Positions 9,293 to 19,948 of a stretch of DNA of 64,000 bases are shown one piece after another (within the stretch, counting starts at the first letter, position 1; each line of letters opens with the position of its first letter). A program made the translations under genes and the position numbers. The notes below the pieces were generated by a model that was not told where the DNA came from, searched no databases, and worked only from the letters and a program-made list of their open reading frames with translations. The stretch comes from Nitrospirota bacterium (GTDB taxonomy: Bacteria > Nitrospirota > UBA9217): NCBI GenBank assembly GCA_963818475.1, contig CAWFSF010000006.1, positions 384,001-448,000 of the forward strand, in the 5' to 3' direction.

Positions 9293-11220
9293 GTGAAAGT
9301 TATGTGCTTGTATAAAATATTATATAAAATATTATATTTATCAATAATTTCCGTTCTTCTTCTTGGACCGGGACGCGCAGATGCTTATCGCGTTTCAGGC
9401 TTAGCAGCATTTACCTATACTGTTGATGAGTCTCGAACAGGAGATCGGAAAACTTCTTCACATTATTTTACCCAGGATTATAACGTCGGGTTCCAAAATC
9501 ATATCTGGGATCCGCGGTTTCTAAGATTTCACGCGGGAATCGGATATAACGTTATCACTGGTTCGACTGAAAACAAAAGCCTGACTTATGACCTTGGTAT
9601 GAACTTCTTCAGTGGCATGATGATATCCTGGAACTTGTTCGATAGAAAATCTACAAGCAAGGTGTCGACCAGAGGAAATGACTACGATCTAATGACGAGT
9701 TCCTATGGCGGATCCTTGGACCTTAATCTCAGCCGCATGGCAGGGCGGCGAAGGAATAATAACAACAACAACAACAACAACAACAATAACAACAACAATA
9801 ACTTTAATAATAACATAACAATAATAACAACAACAACAATAATAATAACAACAATAACAACGGAAGCCGGTTCCGTTTCCCTCTCCCTGATATTGAACTT
9901 TCCTTCGGACATGTTGAGTCTGAAGCACAGAATGCGCTGAATCCGATCCGTGAATCGCGTGACAACGCTGGCCTGTCTATGAAATACCGCTTTACTTCAC
10001 GGGGCGATCTGAACATAGGTCAGACCGTGGAAACGTATAAGAACTTCATTACCGGAGGAACCTATGATACGAAGTCCACGGACTTTTCATCAAAAATTCT
10101 TGTGTCCCCTGGTGCTGACCTGGTGGTGAGTGGCAACCGGCTTGACCGGACAATCACGGGCATTCCCGGGTTTGGTGCTGATAAAAGATTGCAGTCCAAG
10201 GTAGCCCTTAATTTTAAGGAGCGGGAAGGAATATCGTATGGCTACACGTATGACTTCAGCGATTCTCAGACGCCCAGCGATGAACTGACCCGCCACGATG
10301 CCGCGGCCACGGTGTCGTACCTGATCAATAGTGACCTGTCTTTGCGCGGAAACCTCAATTATAGCGTAGCGGACTATTTCATCAAAGCCACGGAAGAGAG
10401 ACAGAACCTGGAGACCGGAGGTGCTCAGACTGGGGTGGCCTACCGGAAAATCCATACGCCGGATTTTCTCGGGCCATTTGTAATGGACACTAATTATGGA
10501 TTCAATACGGGCTATTCGAAGGTCACTGGCCAGGTCAGTGAGGATACGGGGGGAGGCCTGTATTATGAAAACACCGCGGGTCTCTTATTCACGAGCAAGG
10601 GATGGACAAAGGATAGATTGTCCGCGGGTTACAATATCTCCAGCAAAAGAGACCGGTCGCCTCTTAGTAACAATGCCCGGCGGGAGAATTTTAGATTTGA
10701 TGCTTCCACATTCCGGATTCCTCAGACAACCGTGCAAGCCAATATCTCCTATAGTTCCATCGAAAATAGCAGTGCCGCCAACTATAGTGAGTTGATATAT
10801 GGATATCAAAAAAATCCGATTGCCGAACGCAGAGATCTTACCTACCAGGTGACCGCGCTTTACCTGGTCTCGCCTTCCCTGAACATTGATGTCGGAGCCT
10901 CGAAACAGCGTACTTCGGACGCTGCCTCACTTTCTACCTTGCAGCCTACTAATGCAGCGATGATCGAACAACTGGCATATATTGGCGCCCACTATGTAAA
11001 TGCTATTAGCCGCAGTCTGGTGTACCGGGCAGATGTCCGTGATGAATTCCGAAGCACATCCGGGGAAAGAATAGAAAGACGCAATGTCGAAATGAACCTC
11101 GATTACCGCATCAGGCAGGTTCTGGTAAATTTTAAATACCGCTGGAACGCGTCGATGCCTGACAACGGTCTTACTACCTACGTGCAGAGCTATTATGTGA
11201 AATTGTCGAGGCCGTTCTAA
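9293..11220 (+). CDS. Outer-membrane beta-barrel protein, split by a 1-nt deletion at about 9815 inside a poly-Asn tract
   Basis: Signal peptide, alternating Tyr/Phe-rich beta-strands and a C-terminal beta-signal YYVKLSRPF. ORFs 9293-9940 and 9979-11220 join if aac-at-aac at 9812-9819 is restored to aac-aat-aac. Confidence 0.75.
9755..9861 (+). repeat. (AAC/AAT)n trinucleotide tract encoding about 35 Asn
   Basis: 107-nt run of aac/aat triplets with one ttt codon and one missing base. Confidence 0.95.
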
Positions 11221-11568
11221 GGAGAGTGCTCGCATCGCTCCAACAAGCAAGCATGTCGTTGCCGATCCGGCATCCGCTGAGGATCAGCAGAAACATTATC
11301 CTTTGGGTCCTGTTTACATGTGAGATAGGGCTTCCGGCAGACATCATTATATTGCCACCTCAATGCCTCCCGCATCCTGCGAACGTATAAGGCGTTTTCC
11401 GATTACTGACAGCACTTTCATCGCCTGAGCAATGCTGGCATGCGCCGGTTATATTCGTTCGAGCACATGGTAGATATAGGCTTCCAGGCGTATCTCAAGT
11501 GTGGATAACGACGGATTGTTCCTTGTACAAAGGCTTCACTTTGGCGGGAATGTGGGTGAATAAACGGG

Positions 11569-12327
11569 ATGATCCACGGAAAAAAACTCATTGTTGTCAT
11601 GCCTGCCTATAACGCGGAAAAAACGCTTCGGCAGACCTATGCGGAGCTGCCTCATGAGTATGTTGATGAGGTCATTCTGGTGGATGATGCCTCCGGGGAT
11701 AATACGACCACGGTTGCCCATGATCTTGGCATCACCACAATCGTGCATGCTGAAAACAGAGGATACGGTGCAAACCAGAAGACCTGCTATCGGGAGGCGC
11801 TGAAGCTGGGCGCTGACATCGTGGTGATGGTCCACCCCGATTATCAGTATTCACCTCGGCTGGTAACCGCCATGGCATCCATGATCACTTCGGGGCATTA
11901 TGATGTTGCACTGGGATCAAGGATCCTGTGCGGCGGGACCTGGCAGGGAGGAATGCCCCTGTACAAATATATAGCCAATCGTTTTCTCACGCTGGTCGAG
12001 AACGTGATGCTCGGCATCAAATTATCCGAGTTCCATACCGGCTACCGCGCCTTCAGCCGGAAAGTGCTCCTTGCTCTGCCCTTAGGGGAAAATTCCGATG
12101 ATTTTGTTTTTGATAACGAGATGCTTGCCCAGTCGGTATACCGGGGGTTCAGGATCGGCGAGATAAGCTGTCCCACGAAATATTTTGACGATGCTTCCTC
12201 GATCTCGTTCACGCGCAGCGTTCACTACGGATTCGGTGTCCTGGGGACGTCGGGAAAATTTGTGCTTCAGAAGCTCGGTCTCGCAAAATTTGCCCTGTTT
12301 AGCAGCACCGGGAAAAAACTGTGCTGA
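11569..12327 (+). CDS. GT2 glycosyltransferase, polyprenol-phosphate mannose synthase-like
   Basis: [34 protein letters not shown] and HTGYRAF motifs. Confidence 0.9.
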   Translation: MIHGKKLIVVMPAYNAEKTLRQTYAELPHEYVDEVILVDDASGDNTTTVAHDLGITTIVHAENRGYGANQKTCYREALKLGADIVVMVHPDYQYSPRLVTAMASMITSGHYDVALGSRILCGGTWQGGMPLYKYIANRFLTLVENVMLGIKLSEFHTGYRAFSRKVLLALPLGENSDDFVFDNEMLAQSVYRGFRIGEISCPTKYFDDASSISFTRSVHYGFGVLGTSGKFVLQKLGLAKFALFSSTGKKLC

Positions 12328-12550
12328 TGCAACCCGCTCCGCACTCGCCAGCATGGCGCCTTCCGTGATCAGAACGACGAAAGACGCTCGCATCGTGCAG
12401 CACCGCCCTCATGCCCTCCTTCAGGCGTTCTTACCGGCAATGCTTGTCCAGCGCCAACCGCATCCGTCTCTCTGAGATCCCCGACCGGTCCCGACGGCCG
12501 GTATTCCAGATGCTGTTTGACAGCTCATTCGGTCACATGTCGCTTTCTGG

Positions 12551-13327
12551 CTAGTTCGTTTTTTGCTCTGCCGGTTTGGTCGGCAGCGGCTGCGGCGCCG
12601 GCGCTGCTGCTGTCCCGGTCGGAGCCGAAGCCGGCGTGGGTTGCTGGACCGCAACCGGATTCTGGACTGCCAAGTCGATCGTGGCCGGAGCCTGTATAAT
12701 GATGATGGTCTTCTGATCTCTGATCTTAAACCCGCGATCAGGCAACGCTGCCGGATATGCCGCTGCAACGAGCGATTCCTGGTTGATGCCACCTTTTTCT
12801 ACCAGATATTTTACCAGGGCGGTTGACCGTTCCGATGCAAGGATTCGCGCGTCTTTTGCCGGGATCTTTTTTTTGCCCTTGCCGCGAGCTGCGACCGGCA
12901 GGGTCATATTGCCGATGATGATCTCCCGGTCTTTCAAAACGGGATTTTTGAGCAGATTTGCAAGCTTCTGGAGCAGTGGGACGCTGTCTTTGGAAAAAGT
13001 GACCGAACGGTCCAGATAGAGCATGTTCTCAGAGATGTTCACGATGACCTGGGTGTCGGCAGCCTGCACTTCTGCCGTGCCCGCGTTCGTTTCAACGCTC
13101 AGCTCTTTTTTTGCAGCCTCGACGACCGGGGCGACCCAAGCTGTCGTTTTTTTCGCTGCTTCTTTGCACTTTTTGAGGTCTCTCTTTGCTTTCTCGAATT
13201 CCGGCATGCCGGCTTTCAGCTGCTGGTTTTCCGCGGTCATGGGTGCTGCAATGGTAAAATAATAAAACGCCGCGGCACCGAGAACGGCTGCGAGCAATGC
13301 TCCCAGGATGTATGTTACGATCTTCAT
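12551..13327 (-). CDS. MotB/OmpA-like membrane-anchored protein (degenerate)
   Basis: RBS gaaggag before ATG 13327; N-terminal TM helix, coiled coil, then LASERS..LVKYL...GI....L.A.AY resembling the OmpA-C fold; Pro/Ala tail. Confidence 0.65.
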   Translation of the reverse strand: MKIVTYILGALLAAVLGAAAFYYFTIAAPMTAENQQLKAGMPEFEKAKRDLKKCKEAAKKTTAWVAPVVEAAKKELSVETNAGTAEVQAADTQVIVNISENMLYLDRSVTFSKDSVPLLQKLANLLKNPVLKDREIIIGNMTLPVAARGKGKKKIPAKDARILASERSTALVKYLVEKGGINQESLVAAAYPAALPDRGFKIRDQKTIIIIQAPATIDLAVQNPVAVQQPTPASAPTGTAAAPAPQPLPTKPAEQKTN

Positions 13328-13385
13328 GACAATCTCCTTCGTGCGCGGGATGATGAGCAGCGGCCGGAGCTGCCAACCGGAACAC

Positions 13386-14579
13386 TCACTGCAATCGTGC
13401 AAACGCTTTTTCGATCCGGTCAAGCCCCTTCTGGATATTTTCCATGGATGTTGCGTAGGACAGCCTGATATAGGCCTCAGCGCCGAATGCATCGCCCGAC
13501 ACCAGCGCCACCTGCGCATCTTCGAGCAAATAGGTAGCGAGGTCGGCCGAACCCTTAAGGGTTTTTCCGTTCACGCTCTTGCCGAACAGCCGTGAGACAT
13601 CGGGAAACGCGTAAAATGCGCCGACTGGCATGAGACAGGAGACACCCTTCATGGCGTTCAAGCGCTCCACCATGAAGCGCCGTCTTTTATCGAATTCGAT
13701 ATTCATGGTCGCAATAAAGTCCTGAGGCCCCCTGAGCGCCTCGACAGCCGCTTTCTGTGATATGGAGCAAGGGTTCGAGGTGCTCTGGCTCTGAATGTTC
13801 GCCATGGCGGACAGGACATCCGTCGGGCCGGCTGCATAGCCGATGCGCCAGCCGGTCATGGCATGCGACTTGGAAACGCCGTTCACCACGATGGTGAGGT
13901 CCTTGATGTCCTTGCCCAGCGATGCTATGCTGCAATGGTTGAAGCCGTCATAGAGGAGCTTTTCGTATATTTCGTCGGAGATCACATAGAACTGGTGCCG
14001 AACGGCAACTGCCGCGATCTCTTCGAGCGTTTTTCTGTCGTATGCAAGGCCGGTCGGGTTCGAAGGGCTGTTGAGCACCAGCGCCTTGGTCTTTTTGGTC
14101 ACGGACTGTTCGAGTTTTTTTGCCGTCAGCGTGAAACCTTCCTCGGCGGTCGTCTCCACGATGACCGGCGTGGCATCGTTCAAAATCACCTGGTCAGGAT
14201 AGGAAACCCAGTAGGGGGCCGGGATAATGACCTCGTCGCCCGGATCGAACAGCGCTTCAGCAATATTGTACAGGCTGTGCTTGGCGCCGCAGGAAATGAG
14301 GACCTGCGGTCGCTCGTAGGCCAGGTTGTTGTCTTTTTTAAACTTATCGATCACCGCGTCCTTCAGCTCATCGGTGCCGCCTGCCGGCGTATATTTGGTA
14401 AAGCCCGACTGGATCGCCTTGATCCCGGCTTGTTTCACGTTCTCAGGCGTGTCGAAATCCGGCTCGCCGACGCCGAAATCGACCACATCGATTCCCTGTG
14501 CTTTCATGGCCTTGGCTTTGGCTGCTGTTGCCAGGGTCGGGGACGGCTTAATAGCCATAGCTCGCTTTGCAATGCCCAT
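13386..14579 (-). CDS. aspC: Aspartate aminotransferase (PLP class I/II)
   Basis: GEPDFDTP, NSPSNPTG, SDEIY and SKSHAMTGWRIGY (PLP lysine) motifs. Confidence 0.92.
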   Translation of the reverse strand: MGIAKRAMAIKPSPTLATAAKAKAMKAQGIDVVDFGVGEPDFDTPENVKQAGIKAIQSGFTKYTPAGGTDELKDAVIDKFKKDNNLAYERPQVLISCGAKHSLYNIAEALFDPGDEVIIPAPYWVSYPDQVILNDATPVIVETTAEEGFTLTAKKLEQSVTKKTKALVLNSPSNPTGLAYDRKTLEEIAAVAVRHQFYVISDEIYEKLLYDGFNHCSIASLGKDIKDLTIVVNGVSKSHAMTGWRIGYAAGPTDVLSAMANIQSQSTSNPCSISQKAAVEALRGPQDFIATMNIEFDKRRRFMVERLNAMKGVSCLMPVGAFYAFPDVSRLFGKSVNGKTLKGSADLATYLLEDAQVALVSGDAFGAEAYIRLSYATSMENIQKGLDRIEKAFARLQ

Positions 14580-14770
14580 GCTTATGGTGCCCTTTCTATC
14601 TAAAACAGAGTGAAATATGGAGTATCAAAAGTTGTCTAAGTGCTTGAATTTTTATCATACCGAACCGTCAAAGTCAAATGGTTTCTTGGATCGCAGGCGC
14701 ATGCATTGGTCAAAGTGGGCCTATTCTCAGTCCAAGAGCATCAAGGGCCTCTACGACCTGCAGGGAGCGC

Positions 14771-14809
14771 AAAAAAAGCCCAGCTTCGTCCGGGGACGAA
14801 GCTGGGCTT
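14771..14809 (-). terminator. Rho-independent terminator of the LysM gene
   Basis: aagcccagcttcgtcc/ggacgaagctgggctt hairpin preceded by A7 on the + strand. Confidence 0.85.
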
Positions 14810-14833
14810 GACATGCGAACAGCTGAATACGCG

Positions 14834-16105
14834 TTATTTGATGAGCTCGACCCTGTCGCCTTTGGCGATGGTGTCCTTACTGCTCTTTACCAGCGCGGTA
14901 GCCGTTGTGTCCTTGACCAGGACCACCTGTGCCTCACCAATGATCTTTCTCGGGAAGCCTTTTTTTAGCGGGTCAATGAAGACCATGAAACGGTCGCCCG
15001 GTTTTACGCCGTCATTGCCGCCTTTGTCCAGAAAGAGCAGGTCGAACGTTCCATTGATCGAGCGGCTGTCCATGACCTCCATGACGTGCCCGTCGATGCT
15101 CCGGCCATCGTTCTGCGGGACCGAGTAGATGAGCATCGGTTCCTGATAGGGCGCTAACAGGCTGCCTTTGGAGATGGTGTCGAAGGAGAGGGAGATCTGC
15201 GCTGTGAGGTAGGCGGCGCCGGGAGCCTTTTCGATCACCTGGAGTATGCCGAGAACCTTGATCAGGCGGCCCATTTTTTTGCCGGTTTGGGGGTGCTTCA
15301 CTTTCTTCACCGGAGCTACGATAAGGTATTTGTCCCCGATATTCACGTTCTCCGGCGCGTTCACCTTGATAAAGACGATATCGTCGTAACCAAGCATGGA
15401 TTTCGGCTCCAATGCCCCGGCAATGGATTCCTCCCAGGTGTCGGTGCTCACATAGCTTGCGCTGAGCATGGTGTACTTGTCAATGAGGGGATGCACGGCC
15501 CCTTGCTCCAGGATGAGTCCGCGCTTGACCGGTTCCTCTGCTTGTGCCGGTGCAGCGGTCGGAGGAGCGGGTGTTGCAGTTGCAGGCGGTGCTTTGGTGC
15601 CAGCCTTTTCTGCTCCCTCCGGCGGTGCGGCCTCTGCTGGCGCCTGCATGGCACGCTCAAGCATGGCAAGGCTCGGTATGGTGAGCTTGTTCCCGGGATA
15701 GATCAGATCGGGATTCTTGATAAAAGGATTTTCCTTCCAGATGAGCGGCCACAGGAACGGGTCTTTGAGCAAACTGTTCGAGATGTCCCAGAGCGTATCG
15801 CCCTTGACGACGATATAGATGCCGCTTTCCGGCGCAGCCGATTCAGTTTTTTCCGGTGTAGCCGTTTCCGTTTTTTCCGGTGTAGCCGTTTCCGTTTTTT
15901 CCGGTGTAGCCGTTTCCGTTTTTTCCGGTGTAGCCGTTTCCGTTTTTTCCGGTGCAGCCGTTTCCGTTTTTTCCGGTGCAGCCGTTTCCATTTTTTCTGT
16001 CGCAGCCGATTCCGTTTTTTCCTGGAGCCGGGCGGTGGACGGGAACAGCATGATAGTGGTTGTGATCACAAGAGTGAAAACGAGGGTATGCGACCTTTTG
16101 GTCAT
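14834..16105 (-). CDS. LysM peptidoglycan-binding protein (TsaP-like, FlgT-like C-terminus)
   Basis: Signal peptide; YIVVKGDTLWDIS...DPFLWPLIWKENPFIKNPDLIYPG; C-terminal LDKG..DGVKPGD motif. Confidence 0.85.
   Translation of the reverse strand: MTKRSHTLVFTLVITTTIMLFPSTARLQEKTESAATEKMETAAPEKTETAAPEKTETATPEKTETATPEKTETATPEKTETATPEKTESAAPESGIYIVVKGDTLWDISNSLLKDPFLWPLIWKENPFIKNPDLIYPGNKLTIPSLAMLERAMQAPAEAAPPEGAEKAGTKAPPATATPAPPTAAPAQAEEPVKRGLILEQGAVHPLIDKYTMLSASYVSTDTWEESIAGALEPKSMLGYDDIVFIKVNAPENVNIGDKYLIVAPVKKVKHPQTGKKMGRLIKVLGILQVIEKAPGAAYLTAQISLSFDTISKGSLLAPYQEPMLIYSVPQNDGRSIDGHVMEVMDSRSINGTFDLLFLDKGGNDGVKPGDRFMVFIDPLKKGFPRKIIGEAQVVLVKDTTATALVKSSKDTIAKGDRVELIK
15828..16020 (-). repeat. 24-bp coding tandem repeat x8 (KTETATPE)
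   Basis: gccgtttccgttttttccggtgta repeated on the + strand. Confidence 0.9.
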
Positions 16106-16395
16106 TCCTGCCTCCTGATCTTCTTTTGCCGGCCGGCTTGCCGGTTCTGTTTTGCAGCAACTCTCTTCTGCTCGAGGCGGGCTTCAGGTTGGGCTCGGCC
16201 TGTGCCTCTCTGCTCTACCAGTCTTCCCGCGCCTTCATCCTTATCAAAACAGGTCAATAGTTGTGGTTGATTCGTCACGTTACTGTTGGTGGCATGCTGG
16301 AGTTTTTGAAGTTCGAGAAGCTGTTTTAGCAGGATGATGACCTCGTTCTTTCGAGGATATAGTTGCCGCTGTTGAGCAGGCGTATACGCTGTCAA
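16102..16395 (-). CDS. Hypothetical protein
   Basis: 97-aa ORF whose stop overlaps the LysM start (ATGA). No recognisable motif and the start is uncertain. Confidence 0.3.
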   Translation of the reverse strand: MTAYTPAQQRQLYPRKNEVIILLKQLLELQKLQHATNSNVTNQPQLLTCFDKDEGAGRLVEQRGTGRAQPEARLEQKRVAAKQNRQAGRQKKIRRQE

Positions 16396-16627
16396 GAGCA
16401 GGCCGGCAAGCGCCTTATCGGCAGAGCAGACCAGCGTGTTCTTTCTGAACTCAGCAGTCCCCCTGTCCGTCTCACCTCACTCATCTGATACCAAATTCCG
16501 CCAAGCCGACTGACGCAAATCAGATGATGGCTTGCTGTAAGATAGCTGAGAAACCTCTTGTTTGTCAAGAGAATTAATCATATCAGGAACTTGCTTTTGC
16601 AGTATCTTTTTGGTATTCTGCCCTACC

Positions 16628-18808
16628 ATGACGACGCGGCAAAAAGAACAGCAGACGGGGTTCAAGGCAGTGCTCTACCTTCTGGGGTTCATGTTCTTGA
16701 CCGCGGTCGCCGTAGTGCTGCAGCTCAGGTTCAGGGGGTTTGAAGGACCCCTCTCGGACAGCCTCCTCATTATCGTCCTGATCAATGCCAATTTCCTGCT
16801 GCTGGCGGCGGTCATCGTCATGATCGCCCGCAGTCTCTGGAAACTGTCGATCGAGAGGAAGCAACGGGTGCTGGGGGCCAGGTTCAGGACCAAGCTGGTC
16901 ACCGCCTTCGTCAGCCTGTCGTTCATTCCGCCGGTCCTGCTGTTCATCATCGGCAGCGGCATGTTCACCAGCAGCATCGAGCGGCTCTTTAACCTCAGGA
17001 TCGAGAACTCGCTCAAAGCCTCCCGTTCCGTTGCCCAGGCATATTACGACCTCCTCGATAAAAAGGCGCTCGCCTTCGGCAGGGAGATCAGCAGGCAAAT
17101 GGCTGAGGAACAGCTGCTGAACCGCTTTGAACGGCCGGTGCTCAAGGAGTATCTTGCCCGCAAAGCGGCCGAGTACGACCTGGGCGGGATCGAGCTCATT
17201 ACCGCCTCCCGTGAACGGGCGGTTACCGTTGTTACGGGACAATTCCCGGCGAAAACGTTCAGCGCCACTTCCTCCGAGCTGGCCGCGCAGGCATTATCCG
17301 GCAGGCCCGCCTCCGGCATCATCGAGTTGGGGAGGCGGGGGCAGATCGTACGCACCGTGGTCCCGCTCCGTGCCTCCGCCGAGGACCGTCAGGTGACGGC
17401 GCTGATCAGCATCAGCTACTATGTACCCGAGAACCTTGCATCAAAAGCGGCTGAGAGCAGCACAGGATATTCGCAATACCGGGCGCTGCGGACCGAAAAG
17501 GAACCGATCAAGCTGGCCTATCGGCTCGGGTTTCTCGCGGTAACGCTGTCCCTGCTTCTCGCCGCCATCTGGGTCGCGCTCCGCGTGGCGGCCGGAATCA
17601 CCGTTCCGATCCAAAAGCTGGCCGAAGGGACGGCTGCAGTAGCAGCCGGCCGGTTCGATTACCACATCGACGAAGCGCCGGGAGACGAGGTCGGGGTACT
17701 GATCAACTCATTCAACAAAATGACGAGCGACCTGAAGCATTCCCGGGAGCGCCTGGAGCAGGAGGTCGCGTACAAGGAAACCATCCTTTCGAACATCGAT
17801 ACCGGTGTTGTGTCCATGGACCGCGCCGGCCGGATCACCACCATCAATCGGGCTGCCTCGGACATTCTGAGCGTCCAGGATCAGGATGTACTCTTCAAAC
17901 GATATGACGAGGCTTTCAGCTTTATCGAACTGGGACCGGTGCGCACGTTGTTCAGCAGACTTGAGAAAGGGCCGGGCCAGGCGGAGGAGGAACTGTCGCT
18001 GACAGTGCGCGGCAGGGTCCTGACGCTCCGCATGAGGGTCACGATGCTGCGGGACAGCGGCGGGGCGCTGGTCGGATCGGTCATCACCTTTGACGATCTG
18101 ACGGAGCTGCTCAGGGCGAAAAAGGCGGAGACCTGGCAGGATGTGGCCCGCAGGATCGCTCACGAGTTTAAAAATCCGCTCACTCCCATCAAGCTCTCGG
18201 CCGAACGCCTGCGGAAAAAACATGCCGAGGGCGCTGCGGATTTCGATGCGGTTTTCGATGATTGCAGCCGCACAATCGTTCAGGAAGCAGATGCTCTGCG
18301 AAAGTTGGTCGATGAGTTCGCGAACTTTGCCCGGATGCCGAGTTCGAATCCTGTGCCGCAGCCGCTCCACCTGGTCCTGGAGAGCGTCATATCGCTTTAC
18401 GCCGGTGCGCATAAGGACATCTCCTTTGTGAGCCGGTTCCAGGCCGATATGCCCGATGTGCTGCTGGACCGGGAGCAGGTGAAGCGGGTGTTCATCAATC
18501 TCTTCGAAAATTCCGTTGAGGCCATGGGCGGCAAGGGCACGATCTGGATCACGACGGCCATGAACGCCTCGGGCAGGGCGCTGGTGGAGGTAGCGGACAG
18601 CGGGCCCGGCATCGCGCCCGAGGATGTCCCGCGGGTGTTCGAACCGGATTTCTCCCGGAAGAAAAAGAATGGCGGTCTCGGGCTGGCCATCGTGCACAAG
18701 ATCATCGCCGACCACGGCGGCTCGATCCGTTTTGAGCAGAACACACCAAGGGGTGCACGCTTTATTATAGAACTCGCTGTCAGGGACAGGGAAGTTCAGA
18801 GTTCATAG
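16628..18808 (+). CDS. ntrY: NtrY-like sensor histidine kinase (TM, HAMP, PAS, HisKA, HATPase)
   Basis: GARFRTKLV..F, HAMP (PI.KL...DEVG.L...FN.M), H-box ARRIAHEFKNPLTPI, N box NLFENS, G boxes DSGPGI and GLGLAI. Confidence 0.85.
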   Translation: MTTRQKEQQTGFKAVLYLLGFMFLTAVAVVLQLRFRGFEGPLSDSLLIIVLINANFLLLAAVIVMIARSLWKLSIERKQRVLGARFRTKLVTAFVSLSFIPPVLLFIIGSGMFTSSIERLFNLRIENSLKASRSVAQAYYDLLDKKALAFGREISRQMAEEQLLNRFERPVLKEYLARKAAEYDLGGIELITASRERAVTVVTGQFPAKTFSATSSELAAQALSGRPASGIIELGRRGQIVRTVVPLRASAEDRQVTALISISYYVPENLASKAAESSTGYSQYRALRTEKEPIKLAYRLGFLAVTLSLLLAAIWVALRVAAGITVPIQKLAEGTAAVAAGRFDYHIDEAPGDEVGVLINSFNKMTSDLKHSRERLEQEVAYKETILSNIDTGVVSMDRAGRITTINRAASDILSVQDQDVLFKRYDEAFSFIELGPVRTLFSRLEKGPGQAEEELSLTVRGRVLTLRMRVTMLRDSGGALVGSVITFDDLTELLRAKKAETWQDVARRIAHEFKNPLTPIKLSAERLRKKHAEGAADFDAVFDDCSRTIVQEADALRKLVDEFANFARMPSSNPVPQPLHLVLESVISLYAGAHKDISFVSRFQADMPDVLLDREQVKRVFINLFENSVEAMGGKGTIWITTAMNASGRALVEVADSGPGIAPEDVPRVFEPDFSRKKKNGGLGLAIVHKIIADHGGSIRFEQNTPRGARFIIELAVRDREVQSS

Positions 18809-18868
18809 TTCGGAGTTGCACTGCACCGCTGACTGTGTGTCTCAGCTCCGAACTCCATGCTCCGAACA
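18792..18868. repeat. Heptamer-based inverted repeat
   Basis: agttcagagttcatagttcggagt pairs loosely with gctccgaactccatgctccgaac. Confidence 0.4.
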
Positions 18869-18886
18869 TAATTTAAGGGGGTCACA

Positions 18887-19255
18887 TTGGATACACCGTC
18901 AACGATACTGGTCGGGATCATCGTCGTGTTTGCACTGGTGAAGGTAATCGGGTACCTGGGTCGTCTGGGCATCAAGCAGATAAGTCCCCGGGAGCTTGAT
19001 CAGAAAAAAGGTATCATGCTGATCGATGTCCGCACGGACAGGGAGTATAGCCAGGGACACATCCCCGGCGCGGTCCATGTGCCGCTCTCCGAGGTCGGCA
19101 CCCGGATCAAAAAAGTGAAGAAGGACAAGGAACTCGTTGTGTACTGCCGGAGCGGCAACCAGAGCATCTGGGCGATCAAACGCCTGATGGGCATGGGCTA
19201 CACTCATCTCTACAACCTGAAGGGCGGCTATAGTGCCTGGAAGCGAATTCATTGA
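18887..19255 (+). CDS. Rhodanese-like domain protein with N-terminal TM helix
   Basis: LIDVRT..EY..GHIPGA, VVYCRSG and NLKGGY.AW motifs. Confidence 0.9.
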   Translation: MDTPSTILVGIIVVFALVKVIGYLGRLGIKQISPRELDQKKGIMLIDVRTDREYSQGHIPGAVHVPLSEVGTRIKKVKKDKELVVYCRSGNQSIWAIKRLMGMGYTHLYNLKGGYSAWKRIH

Positions 19256-19890
19256 CGAACTGAAGCGCGACTATCGCGCCAAACGGCCGCAGATCGTCAA
19301 ACGGCTTGCGGAGTTCAAAGAGGCGTACCGGAAGGGCGATACCGTTATCTTCGAGGAATTGTGCTACTGTATCCTGACCGCAGGAAGCAGCGCCAAGATG
19401 GGGATGCGAACGGTCGAGGCGCTTCGCGATCTTCTGCAGCAGGGGACGCAAGAAGAGCTGCAGCAGCGTGCCCGTGCAAGCCGCGTGCGGTTCTGGCGCG
19501 TCAGGCCGTCCTACATCGTGCAGACGCGGGAACGTCTCCGGGAGCGCTGCGGTCTCCAGCATGCAGTCCTTTATCGAGTCCTTTGAAAACCCCGAAGCTT
19601 TGCGGGATTTTTTCGCATCGGACAAGGGGATCAAGGGCCTGGGGTATAAGGAAGCGAGCCACTTTCTGCGGAACATCGGATTGAGCGGCTATGCGATCCT
19701 GGACAAGCACATTCTGAACAGCCTGCGCGAAATGGGTGTCATTGGAAAGCGGATGCGGCCGCCTGCGACACGCGCCCGTTATCTTGCCATAGAAAAAAAA
19801 CTGGCCCGTTTCTCCCGCGAGATCGGGATCGACATGGACCACCTGGACCTGCTCCTGTGGTCGCGAAAAACCGGAGAGATACTGAAATAG
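19233..19890 (+). CDS. ogg: 8-oxoguanine N-glycosylase/DNA lyase (Ogg2 type), split by a +1 frameshift at about 19556
   Basis: FEELCYCILTA is in the first frame and the HhH motif IKGLGYKEASHFLRNIG...AILDKHIL...LDLLLW in the second. Removing one C from ctcc joins them. Confidence 0.8.
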
Positions 19891-19948
19891 GTTTTGGAAT
19901 GCGGATGACGGATGATGCGTCTGATCAGGCGCAGACGAGGAGCTACCA

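Noticed and set aside
15828-16020. 24-bp direct repeats as a CRISPR array
   Set aside because: There are no unique spacers, the repeats are contiguous and in frame in a CDS, and no cas genes are present.
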